Assembly (NCBI GenBank): GCA_009914755.4
Contig: CP086569.2
Span: 7,744,001-7,808,000, forward strand
Length of the DNA: 64,000 nt
Origin: the human T2T-CHM13v2.0 reference genome, Homo sapiens
Reading direction: 5' to 3'
Positions 1-16,060 of the stretch are shown one piece after another (position 1 is the first letter of the stretch; the number at the start of each line of letters is the position of its first letter). Position numbers and translations under genes: made by a program. The notes below the pieces were generated by a model. The model was not told the origin of the DNA. It saw only the letters and a program-made list of their open reading frames with translations, and did no database searches.

Positions 1-3000
1 CACAAAGGTTTTGGGCCCAGCAATAGGCAACATGCCATTATTTGCTCTTTATGCAGAACTCATGCAGAAGAGTAATATCATCTGGGTTATGGGTCCTGCA
101 ATAGGTCCCAATAACTTTTTTATGGGCACGGTTCGGGAAAAAGAGGAGAGTCACATATGCTTACTGTTGGGCTCAGCAATGTGTAAAAATCTCCTATAGT
201 GAAAACCTAGGCAGAAAACAAGAGTCACAATACTTAGGTCATGGGCTCAGTGATTTATTTCCCAATGTTTCTATTTCCAAAGATATTTACGATCTCTTCT
301 GATGAAACTGTTAAGACACAAGAGTCAAATCATCAAGGTTCTTGGACATGGTATATATAAACACATCATCTGTGGACTATAACTAGGCAGGATCATAAAA
401 TGACTCAGGTCCTGGGCAAAAGTGTATGTCACAATCATACTTGTGACAAGGTTCAGCTATGAGAATCATGATCCTACACATGTCCTGGCTCCAGGTACAA
501 GAGTAATTAATAGGCCATTGATCTGCTCTCATGTATATGGCAAAATATCACCTGTGGACAGGGAAAAGAAATAAATCTATCACCTGAGTTGGTACTGGTC
601 CATGGAAATGTCACAATCCTCCTTGTGGGAAGGACCCTGGAAGAAGGATCACATCACCTGGATGCTGGTTTCAGTGATAAACCTAAGTCCCCCTCTCCCA
701 TTGTGGGCAGAGCTTAGGCACAAGAGAAAATGAATATCACCCAGGCTATTGGGCTGGATATATGTGACAATGCCCTCTATATGTGAAGGACCAAGGCAGG
801 AGAGACACCTCACTTTGGTGCTGGGTTCAGTAATATGACACAATCTCTATAGTATTCAGGGACCAGGCTAGAGAGAAGAAACATCACCTAGGTGCTGAGA
901 CAAGTGATGATTTACCAAACTTCCTATTAGCAGAACTGTTTCAAAAATAGAGTCACTTCACCTGGGTGCAGTACCCAGTTATGTATCACAATGCAATATA
1001 AGTGCAGGGCCAAGGCAGTAGCAGGAAGTCACATCACTTATGTGATAGACCTAGATAAAATCTTTGGTGCTCTTTGTTGGCAGGGTTCAGTCCAGGGTTT
1101 TACATCAGCTGGGTGCTGGTCCCAGTTATATATAAAACTGTCCTTTGATATATTGCCGAAAAGGTGTTATACATTGCTTAGGTGCTAGATGCATGTATGT
1201 TGCAATTTCAACAGTGCTCTGGGCATAGAAAGGAGAGTCAAAACACTCAGATTCTGGGCAAAATCATGCTTCTCAATCATATACTTGAAAATGTTCAGAA
1301 ATAGGTTTCACTGTCCCACACATGTGCTGGCTTTGGGTATGAAAGTCAACACCTCCTATGAGTTGGGTCGAAGTACTGGAGTCACAATCACAACAAAGGG
1401 CAAGATAAATGTATAAGAGCCCCAATCTTACTTGAAGCTTGTGTTCCAGTAGGAGAGTCAAAGCACCACATGTCTGTGGATTCATGATTTAACCATCACC
1501 AGACCCCCTTTGGATCAGATTCAAGTATGTGAGTAACAATGCTTATATGTGTGAGAATTTGTTCCTTATTCAGAGGCTCTGTTTATGTGTGAGAATGACA
1601 ATCATTTCAGCTAGGTATGCATCCAAGAGTCCGAATAACACCTGGCTGCTGGTGACTGTTATGACACACTTTGTACCACCCAGGCTTTATATGATATGCC
1701 TGAGTAGCATAATTTTCTGTGAATTCTTACAGGTGGTAGATCTAGGTCATTACCCATGACCACAAGACTGGCTAGGAGAGTTGAAATGTCTTCCCTGACT
1801 AGCTCTGGTTTTGAGAGTTATTATTGTGTATATGAGCTGAATCCAGTATATGTCACAATTCCACCTATAGACAGAGACAAGACAGAAGAGTCACATCATC
1901 TGGGTACTGAGTGAGGGATACTTGTAATCTCTTTTGTAGGCGGGACCTAGGGAGAAGAGTCATAATACCTCCATACAGTCTCAAATAATATGTCATAATG
2001 CCCACTGTATACAAGGTTGAAAAAATCATGGATTGTCACAACCTCTAGGTGCTGGGCACAGAAATATGTTGTAATTCCCTCTCTTGGTAGAGTCCAGCAC
2101 AAAGAGAAGAGTCACATCACCTAGGTTTTGTACTCGGTGGTGAGTCACAAATTCTTCAGTGGGCAGTATCAAGGCAGAGAGCAGAGTCACATTACATATA
2201 TGCTATATCCAGCGATATATGACAGTGTGCCCTGTGGGCCAGACCCCGGCAGGAGAGACACATCACCTAGCTGATAGTCCCAGAGATATGTAATAGTATC
2301 CCCTGTAGTCTGACTCCAAGCAGAAGAGTCACATTATGATGATTCTAACTCAGAGATATTATATATCACACACACACATTATATACATATACATTGTGTG
2401 TGTATATATATCCATGTATGTATATATGTATACATGTGTATATATATCCATGTTTTATATATGGTGTATATATACATTGTATATACATATTGTGTATATG
2501 TACATTGTATATACATACATTGTGTATATATACATTATATATACATACATTTTGTATATGTATACATTATATATACATTGTGTATATGTATACATTATAT
2601 ATACATACATTGTATATGTATAGACAGCAATATTTCACAAGGCACCTATGGTAAAGAATTTAAGCCAGAAGTCTAAACACCAGGGTACTAGGCCTAGTAA
2701 TATGACACAATCTCCTCATCTTCTAGGTGACAGCTTTAACTGTTAGCTTGGTGTTTATATTACAGTCACAACCTTATATGTGTTCTGCATCATTATATTG
2801 CACACTTTACAACATCCAGAGGCTTTATGCAACATACATGAGAGTCACAAACCACTCTGAGGCCTACAGGCTTGTATTTCCTCACAATCTTACATATTGC
2901 CTTAAACCCAGTTATGATTGTCAACATCTTTCTAATAGGCTGGGTTCAGACAGGAGACCCATTATTATGCCTATGATCTGGGTCCAAAAAATAGTCACCA

Positions 3001-6000
3001 TCTTACCTATAGCAAGATCTACATATAAAAGTGAAAAATTTCAACTTTGTACTTTATTTACTTGCTATTCTCAGGACTTCAATGTTCGCTTTGTAAATAT
3101 GGGATGCTGAAAACTTTTCACTCACCTGCACATGTAATCAAGAGTCATGATCTTAACCTTTTGCTAGGCCCTGTTTTAAAACTCTGTGTACCACCCAAGC
3201 AGTTTTTAGAGTATGAGTTATTGTTGTACACTGCTGTGAGCTTTCTACCAATATGCAAGTCACAACTTTAAGTATTTCCCTAAGTGTAGAGATGACAGGA
3301 AAATATCTGTTATTAGTGGAATCCCAATTTCAGTTTGATCATCATGACTCTGAATTGAATCAATGTAAATTTCATAATCCCATTTGTAGGAAAAAAATAC
3401 TTGGCAGGAGGGTGGTAGAACTGAGGTGCTGTGCCAAGCAATATGTCACAATGCCTTATCTATGGAGGGTCTAGAAATGAGGGTTACATTTACTGGGTGC
3501 TGGACCCAGCAATGTGGCACAATCCCAAGTTCTAAAACAACAAAAACAAACAAAACAAGACCAAGAAACAGACAAGTGATGAGAGCAAAAACTCCTACCT
3601 CATGTGCCCAAGATATGTAAAAATACTTTCTGTTGCTTGGGCACAAGCAAGACAGTTACAGCATCAGGGTGGGGGACACAGCAATATGCCATAATTCTCT
3701 CTTTATGCAGGATCCAGGCAGAAGAGGAACATCATTTGGGTGCTGGGCCCTGCAATATGTCAAAATTCCTTTTCATGTGTATGTTTTGGGAAAAAAAGAA
3801 GAGTCATATAAACTAAGTATTGGGTTTAGCAATATGTCACATCACTCCATTGTAAAGGCTCAGGCAGATGAAAAGAATTACATCACTTAGGAAACTGGCT
3901 CAGAAATATGGCCCAATGTCTGAAATAAGCAAGCCTCAGACAGAAGAGAAGAGTCATATTACATAGGTGTTTAGCTAGGTGTATGAAAAAAATCTAACAT
4001 GTGAGGTGAAGCCAGGCAGAAGGGTCACATTACCTTGATCCTGGTTCCTGAGATATGTCACAAGGTTCCCTTAGGACAAGTGTCAAACAAGAGAGTTACA
4101 ACAAATGGTTTAGATTCTACCTTTATATCACAATGCCCTTTGTGGGCCACACTGAAGCAGGGAGTTACATTTCCTAGGTGATACTCACAAGGATGTGTCA
4201 CAATGTTCTCCTTGAGACATGACTCTGGCAAAAGAGTACCATCACTTCAATGCCTGGTGTAGCAATATGTCACTATTCAGGAAAGCAGGACCCCAGCAGG
4301 AGAGCAACATTACCTAAGAGATTGGCCCAGAGATTTGTCACAGTGCTTTTTTTAGGACATGGCTCTAACAAAAGAGTATTGTCACCTGTGTGCCTGGCTC
4401 AACCATATGTAATTATCCCCAAATATGTGTAGGGCCCATTATAAAGAGCAGAGTTACATTATCTAAGTGGTTGACACAGTGATATATCACAATAATTTCT
4501 GTGGGCATGGCTAAGGCAAAAATGTAACATAACCTAGGTGCTAGATCTAATAATATGTCATGATTCTTACTGAGAGCAGGGCCCAGGCAGGAGAGTCCCA
4601 TCATGTAGAAGTAGGCACAGGTAGACAGTATAATAAAATATGTGAGCCAGAACCATTATGAAGAATTAAATCACACAGGTGCTCAGCAAAATTTATATCA
4701 CAATAACACTAGCAGAAAATTCCCATGATGAGATTTACAATATCACACATGGTCTGTTTTCTTGAGTGACTGTTAGCTTCATATAGGTGAGATGGTGATA
4801 GTCTTTACTGTCAGCTGGGTGTGCATTTGAGACTCACAGTTTCACCTTCTGCTGGGTTCTGTAGTGATGCTTTCTGTACAAGCTAAAGGCTTTATAAAAT
4901 ATGTAGCTGTTGTAATCTTCTTTGATTTTTTTTTTGTACCAGATAGAGATTTAACCACTCATGTCTCTAAAGTAAGTTAGGAGAGTCAAAATTACTTCTA
5001 TTTGTGGGATCCACATAGGAGAATCATTATCATGCCCATGAGCTGTGTTTGGGTATATGTCACAATTTAGTTTGTGGTAATGAAACAGGAATGACAGCCA
5101 AGTCACCTAAATAGTGAGTCAGAAATTTTCCGATATTCTCCTTGTACTCATGTCCTGGGCAGAAATGTTGCATAACTTGGGGGTTACATCAAGATGTATA
5201 ACACAATATCCCTGTGTGTGGTGTCCAGGCAGAAGAGGAGACCCATATCACCTAAATGACAGGCCCAGAAATATGTTACAAAGACTCCCCTTAAAAAGAC
5301 CAGGCAAGAGAGTCATATAATTTGGATGTAGTGCTTAGAAATGCTACAATCCCTAGTGGAAGCAGGGTCCAGGTTAGAGAGGAGTGTCAGATAATTAGAT
5401 GATGTGTCCAGAAATCTGTTACAATCCTTCTGGAAGATATTGTTAAGGCAGGAGAGTCAAATCATCAAGGTGATTAGTTGAAGTATATGTCCAAATTTCA
5501 TTTGAGGACTACAACTAGGCAGCAGTATTAAATCACTCAAGAGCTGGGCAACGGTATATGTCATAATAACATTGGTGGAAAGTTTGAGGAATGGGAGTCT
5601 CCATGTTGAATATGAACTGGATCCAGATTTAACAGTCATGATTAGTCCTCTTAAGTGGTCTTAGGTATATGGAACAATATCATCTGTGGGCAGAGAGCAA
5701 GCAGAAAGGTCACAACATCTAGGTGGGTCCTGGTCCAGTGAGATGTCACAATCTTTCCTTTGGGCAGGACCCTGGAAGAAGACTCACATCAGCTGGATAC
5801 TGGTTTTAGTGATAAATCAAAATACCCCCTGTGAGCAAATCTTAAGAGGGTGAGGAGACTCACTTTACCCAAGCAATTGGCCTAGATATATGTCAAAATA
5901 TTCACTATATGCAGAACCAACGTGTGACAGTGACCTCACTTTGGTGCTGGGTTTAGTAATATGTCACAATCTCCCCTCTGGTCATTGCAGGACAAGAGAG

Positions 6001-8420
6001 AAGAAACATTAGCTAGGTGCTCAGCCAAGTGATATATTACAAAGCTTCCTGTTGGCAGAATCCAAAATGGAGAGTCACACCACCTGGGCACAGTACCCTG
6101 TTATGTGTCACAATGCACTGTAACAGCAGGGCCAAGGTAGTAGAAGGGAGTCACATCACATATATGATGGATCTAAATGTAAGCCACAATCCCTTTCATA
6201 GACAGGAAAGAGACAAAGAATTCACATCACCTTGGTGCTGGTCCCAATGACATGTAAAATTGTCCATGGTAGGCAGGCCAAGGCACCTTTGCTTAGGTAT
6301 ATGGTCCACATATGTCACAATTTTATCTGTGGTTATGGCCTAAAAAGAAGAGTCAAATTATGCAGGAGCTGGGCTAACTATTATGTTCTAATCACACACT
6401 TGGAAATATTCAGAAATAAGTTTTATAGCCCTACACAAGTCCTGGATTTGTGCATGTGAGTCAACACCTCTTGTGAGTTGGGTCAAAGCAGAGGAGTCAC
6501 AGTCTCAACAATGGGCAGGATCCATGGAACAATTTCCCAATTCCACTTGAAGATTGTGTTCCAGTAGGAAAGTCCAGCCTCACAGTTGGGCTCAATATTG
6601 CATAACCAAACCATCCATGGGGTTATACCGTGTATGAAAGGAACAATTTCAACCTTTGAGTGTTCTTTTGTGTGAAATTTAATACTTTATTTGTAGGCCA
6701 TGTTCTTGTGTGAGAATGACAATCAAGTTAGCTGGGTGTGTCCATGATTCACAATAACATCTGGTTGCTATTCCCTGTTATGACATTGTTTGTACAACTG
6801 AGGCTTTATATGGTATGCCTGAGTGTCATAATCCTCTATGAACTTTATACAAATAGGAGACCCATTATTTTACTTATGGCAATAAGACTGGCTATGAGAG
6901 GCTCTGTCACAGGCAGGATAGTAACATCTTCCGGGTGCTTGGCCCACTCATATGCAATAATTTCTTCTTAATTCAGAACTCTGACAAAATTGTAATATCA
7001 TCTTTGTGGAATAGGTCAAAATTTCCCTTTGTGGGCATGGTTCAGAAAAAAGAGTACGGTCACATAAGTGAAACTCTAAGCTCAGCAATATGCCATAATC
7101 CCACCATTTTAAAGGCCCAGGCAGCTGAAGAAAATCATATCACTTAGGTCATGGGCTCAGAGATATGTCCCAATGTCCCCAGTAGGCAGGACTCAGAGAG
7201 GAGAGTTGTATCACTTATGTGCTTTTTTAGGTATATGTCACAATCTAACACATGGGAAGACACCAGGTAGAACAGACACATCACCTGGGTGCTGGGTACT
7301 GTGATATGTCACAAGGCTTCCTTAGGAAAACACCAAGGCAAAAGAGTTACATCATCTTCCAGTAGGTTTAATTGTTATGTCATAATGCTGTATGTGGGTG
7401 AGGTCCAAGCCTCAAGTCACATAATCTAGGTGACAGTCACAGAGATATATTACTATGCCTTCCTTGACATATAGCACTGGTGAAAAAGAATCATCACCAA
7501 TTTACCTGGCCTAGAAATATGTCACTTGCACCCACTCTGTTCAGGACCCATTCTAGAGAGGAGAGTTACATCACCTAATTGGTGGACATAGTGATATGTC
7601 ACAGTGATGTCTGTGGCCAAGGCTCAGGCAAGAATGTAACATCACCTGGGTTTTTGATCCAGTAATATGTCACAATCCTTACTGAGAGAAGGGCCAAGGC
7701 AGGAGAGTCACATCATTTATACGTTGGTCCAGGTAGAGATAACTATCCCATATATGATCTGGAACCAGTCTGGAGAGTCAAATCACACAGATGCTCAGCA
7801 AATGTTTATATCACAATCACACTGTCAGAATATTCCAGAGATGAGATTTACAATACCATACATGTCCTGCTTTCATGAGTGACAGTTGGCTTCATGTATG
7901 TGAGATGTGACAGTCCGTACTGTCAGCTGCATGTGCATATGAGACTCACAATTTCACCATTCTGCTGGGTTCTGTGATAACACTCTCTGTACAAGCCATG
8001 GGCCTTATCTGAGCCTGTTATAATCTTCTGTGACCTCTTTACCAGAAAGAGATATAAGAAATCACTTGTGTTTCTAAAGCAAGTTACAAGAGTGAAAATT
8101 ACTCTTATTTGTGGTGTCCACATATGAGAGCTACTATCATGCCTCTGAACTGTGCCTAGATATATGTCAAAATTTATTCTGTGGTAATGAAACAGGCATG
8201 ACAGCCATGTCACCTAAATGCTGAGCCAGACATTTTCCACTATTCTCCTTCTAGACAAGTTTCTGGCAGGAAAGTCGCATAACTGCGGGGCTGCATGAAA
8301 CTCTATGGCACAATGGCCCTTCTAAGCAGGGTTCAGGCAGAAGAGGAAGTCACATCACCTAAATGATAGACCTTGAGTTATGTCACAATTTCTCCTGTTG
8401 AAAGGGCCAGAAATGTATCA
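1..8420. repeat. Degenerate tandem (satellite-like) array with a unit of about 73 bp and about 110 units. Unit consensus is roughly GAGTCACATCACCTAGGTGCTGGGYCCAGYRATATGTCACAATCCYCYNTGNGGNCAGGRCCMAGGCAGAAGA. The family is not identified.
   Basis: Motifs such as gagtcacatcacctRggtgctgg and atatgtcacaat recur every 70-76 bp, for example across 7560-7720. Units are highly diverged from one another. Large blocks recur within the array: 280-1800 matches 5400-6900, 30-280 matches 6935-7190, and 3825-5110 matches 7080-8215. The ORFs in the track here are spurious. Confidence 0.8.
2336..2640. repeat. AT-rich minisatellite embedded in the 73-bp array, with a unit of about 20-22 bp (TATATACATACATTGTGTATA-like).
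   Basis: Visible tandem repetition of tatatacatacattgtgtata variants. The three overlapping Y/I/C-rich ORFs here are artefacts of the repeat. Confidence 0.85.
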
Positions 8421-8584
8421 TTTCCAATTATACTCAATTATACTCATATATATCTATATATATTATATTTTAAGTTCTAGGGTACATGTGCACAACGTGC
8501 AGGTTTGTTACATATGTATACATGTACCATGTTGGTGTGCTGCACCCATTAACTCATCATTTATATTAGTCATATCTCCTAATG

Positions 8585-12518
<3,934 letters not shown>

Positions 12519-12581
12519 TATGATGTTAGCTGGTTATTTTGCTCGTTAGTTAATGCAGTTTCTTCCTAGCCTTGATGGTCT

Positions 12582-13238
12582 TTACAATTTGACATGTTTT
12601 TGCAGTGCCTGGTACTGGTTGTTCCTTTCTATGTTTAGTGCTTCCTTCAGGAGCTCTTTTAGGGCAGGCCTGGTGGTGACAAAATCTCTCAGCATTTGCT
12701 TGTCTGTAAAGTGTTTTATTTCTCCTTCACTTACGAAGCTCAGTTTGGCTGGATATGAAATTCTGGGTTGAAAATTCTTTTCTTTAAGAACGTTGAATAT
12801 TGGCCCCCACTCTCTTCTGGCTTGTAGAGTTTCTGCTGAGAGATCCACTGTTAGTCTGATGGGCTTCCCTTTGAGGGTAACCCGACCTTTCTCTGTCTGC
12901 CCTTAACATTTTTTCCTTCATTTCAACTTTGGTGAATCTGACAATTAAGTGTCTTGGAGTTGCTCTTCTCGAGGAGTATCTTTGTGGTGTTCTCTGTATT
13001 TCCTCAATTTGAATGTTGGCCTGCCTTTCTAGGTTGGGGAGTTCTCCTGGATAATATCCCGCAGAGTGTTATCCCGTTTGGTTCCATTCTTCCCATCATT
13101 TTCAGGTACACCAATCAGATGTAGATTTGGTCTTTTCACATAGTCCCATATTTCTTGGAGGCTTTGTTCATTTCTTTTTATTCTTTTTTCTCTAAACTTC
13201 TCTTCTTGCTTCATTTCATTCATTTGATCTTCAATCAC
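12582..13238 (-). pseudogene. L1 ORF1 remnant.
   Basis: Minus-strand ORFs contain the ORF1p motifs EKFREKRIKRNEQSLQEIWDYVKRPNL and REWGPIFNVLKEKNFQPRISYPAKLSF. Confidence 0.8.
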
Positions 13239-14599
13239 TGGTAGCCTTTCTTCTACTTGATAAAATTGGTTACTGAAGCTTGTGCATTTGTCACTGAGTT
13301 CTCATGCCTCGGTTTTCAGTCTTTTTTGGACTTCTCTGCATTGGTTATTCTTGTTAGCCATTCGTCTAATCCTTTTTCAAGGTTTTTTACTCCTTTACTT
13401 GGAGAAGTTCGATCATTTGAGGTCTTGTTCTCTCAACTTATCAAAGTCCTTCTCCATCCAGCTTTGTTCCATTGCTGGTGAGGAACTGCATTCCTTTGGA
13501 GGAGGAGAGGTACTCTTATTTTTAGAATTTTCAGCTTTTCTGTTCTTTTTTTCCCCCATCTTTGTGATTTTATCTACCTTAGGTCTTTGATGATGGTGAC
13601 ATACAGATTGGGTTTTGGTGTGGATGTCCTTTCTGTTTCTTAGTTTTCCTTCTAACAGTCAGGACCCTCAGTGACAGGTCTGTTGGAGTTTGCTGGAGGT
13701 CCACTCCAGATCCTGTTTGCCTGGGTATCAGCAGCGGAAGCTGCTGAACAGCGAATATTTTTGAACAGCAAATTGTTACTGTATGATTATTCCTCTGGTG
13801 GTTTCATCTCAGAGGTGTACCCAGCCATGTGAGGTTGTCTTCCCCTAATGGGGGGTGCCTCCCAGTTAGTCTACTTGGGGATCAGGGACCCACTTGAGGA
13901 GGCAGTCTGTCCATTCTCAGATCTCAAATTCCGTGCTGGGAGAAACACTACTCTCTTCAAATCTGTCAGGCAGGGACATTTACGTCTGCAGAGGTTTCTG
14001 CTGCCGTTTGTTTGGCTATGTCCTACCTCCAGAGGTGGAGTCTACAGAGGCATATAGACCACCTTGAGCTGCGGTGGGCTCCACTGAGTTTGAGCTTCCC
14101 AGACACTTTGTTTACCTACTCAAGCCTCAGAAATGGTGGGCGCCCCTCCCCAAGCCTCGCTGCTGCCTTGCAATTCAATCTCAGACTGCTGTGCTAGCAA
14201 TGAGTGAGGCTCCTTTGGTGTGCCACCCTCTGAGCCAGGCACAGGATATAATCTCCTCTTGTACCATTTTCTAAGACCATTGGAAAAGCAGTATTAGGGT
14301 GGGAGTGACCCAATTTTCCAGGTGCTCTCTGTCACAGCTTTGCTTGGCTATGAAAGGGAATTCCCTGACCCCTCGCACTTCCCACATGAGGCAGTGCCTC
14401 GCCCTGCTTCAGCTTACACTCAGTGCACTGCACCCACTGTCCTGCACCCACAGCCTGACAAGCCCCAGTGAGATGAACCTGGTACCTCAGCTGGAAATGC
14501 GGAAATCACCCATCTTCTGTGTCATTCATACTGGGAGGTGTAGATTGGAGCTGTTCTTATTTAGCCATCTTAGAACTAGAACCTATACTCATTTTTATG

Positions 14600-15560
14600 T
14601 GGAGTAGTTTGGTATCTCATTTTGGCTTTGATTTTTTTCTAATAATTAATAATGTTGAGCATCTTTGTTTGTAATTGGCAATTAGTATGTTTTCTTTGGG
14701 GAAATGTCATTTAAGGTCTCTCGCCTATTACTAAATAGGGTATTATTATTGCTCTTAAAATTGTTATATATTCTGTCTGGTTATACTCTGTCATACATAT
14801 ATTTTGCAAATATACTTTCCTTTTTTTTTTTTCTTTGGATTCTGGTAGTTTCACTTGTCTGCTTTTGTTTTTGTTGCCTGCACTTCTGGGGTCTTATTTA
14901 AAATTTTTTTCTGTCCTCTTTGATAAAGAATTTCTCTTTGCTTTATTGAAATCATTTTATAAGTTTGAGTTTTATATTTTAATCTTCTATTTATTTTTAA
15001 TTATGTTATTTAAATATGGTAACAGGTAGGCATCTAGTTGTATTACTCAGTATTTAAACAATTAATTTTACTGGCACCATATATTGATGTGGTTGACTTT
15101 TCTTAAATGTGTGTCCCAAACAGTTTAAAAATTATTTGGCTCTACATTTATTAGTTTATTACTGGAATCAGTGGACACTTTGGTCTATGTGTCTGTTTAC
15201 TATACCAGTATCATGCTGTTTACTTATTACAGCCTTGCAGTATATTTTGAAGTCAGGTAATTTGATGCTGTCAGCTTTTTTCTATTTTAGAAGATAACGT
15301 TGGCTATGTAGGGAGCTTTAATTTTTCCCTATAAATTTTAATGCTTTTTTTAATTTCTGTGAAAAAATGTCATTGGTATTTTTACAGAGTTTGCATTGAG
15401 TCTGTTGATTACCTTGAGTAGCAGATCCATTTTAACAATATTTTTATAAGTCATGACCAAAATATACTTCTCAAGTTTTTCATGATTTTTAATCTCTTAA
15501 TCAATGTTTTATAAGTATCGTGCAGAGAGTGTTTATCTTTTTAATTAAGTTTACTGCTAC
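14600..15560 (-). mobile_element. Older L1 fragment from the 3' part of ORF2, in antisense orientation.
   Basis: The + strand reads tggtatctcattttggctttgattt...gagcatctttg...gaaatgtc and ...accagtatcatgctgtttacttattacagccttgcagtatattttgaagtcagg. This parallels the antisense text of the young L1 at 9100-10100 but is much more diverged. Confidence 0.6.
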
Positions 15561-15639
15561 GCACCTTTATTTTTTATTTTAGATGCAGCAAAATTACTCT
15601 GAAAAATTTAACATGCCTTTGTGATTAAAACAACTGAAC

Positions 15640-16060
15640 AGTTTAGGTATAGATGGTATGTACCACAACACAGTTAAGGCAAAATTTGACAAATCAATAG
15701 CTGATATCACACTGAAAATAAAAAGATGAAAGCCTTCTACTTAAGACGTAGAAGAAGACAGTGATGTCACTTTTACCACCTTTATTCAACACATTACTGG
15801 AAGTCTTAGCCAGATTATTTGTGCAAGAGAAAGAAATGAAAGACATCCAACTAAAAAAGGAGAAAGTCAAATTTTCTCTCTTTGCAGATCACATAACTGT
15901 TTATATAACAAAACTTAAATTACTACACTAAAAATCTTGAGAATTGATAAATTAAGTAAAGTGGCAGAATACCACATTACATAAAAAAGTTGTAAGAGCA
16001 TATTTACATGCCAAGAATCAGCCATCTGAAAAAGAAATTCAAGAAAAAAATATTTACAAC
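15640..16060 (+). mobile_element. Ancient L1 (L1M-like) ORF2 fragment.
   Basis: The + strand translates to ...[46 protein letters not shown]..., which is homologous to the ORF2p segment [49 protein letters not shown]. Confidence 0.6.

Noticed and set aside
2336-2676. Three overlapping + strand ORFs (95, 86 and 92 aa) rich in Y, I, C and V
   Set aside because: They are read-throughs of the TATATACA/TGTATATA minisatellite. The composition is an artefact and there is no start context or homology.
1-8420. Could the regular repeat array be a CRISPR array?
   Set aside because: The units are homologous to one another along their whole 73-bp length. There is no alternation of a conserved repeat with unique spacers, no nearby cas-like ORFs, and the surrounding sequence is primate DNA with Alu and L1 elements. 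It is a eukaryotic satellite-like array.
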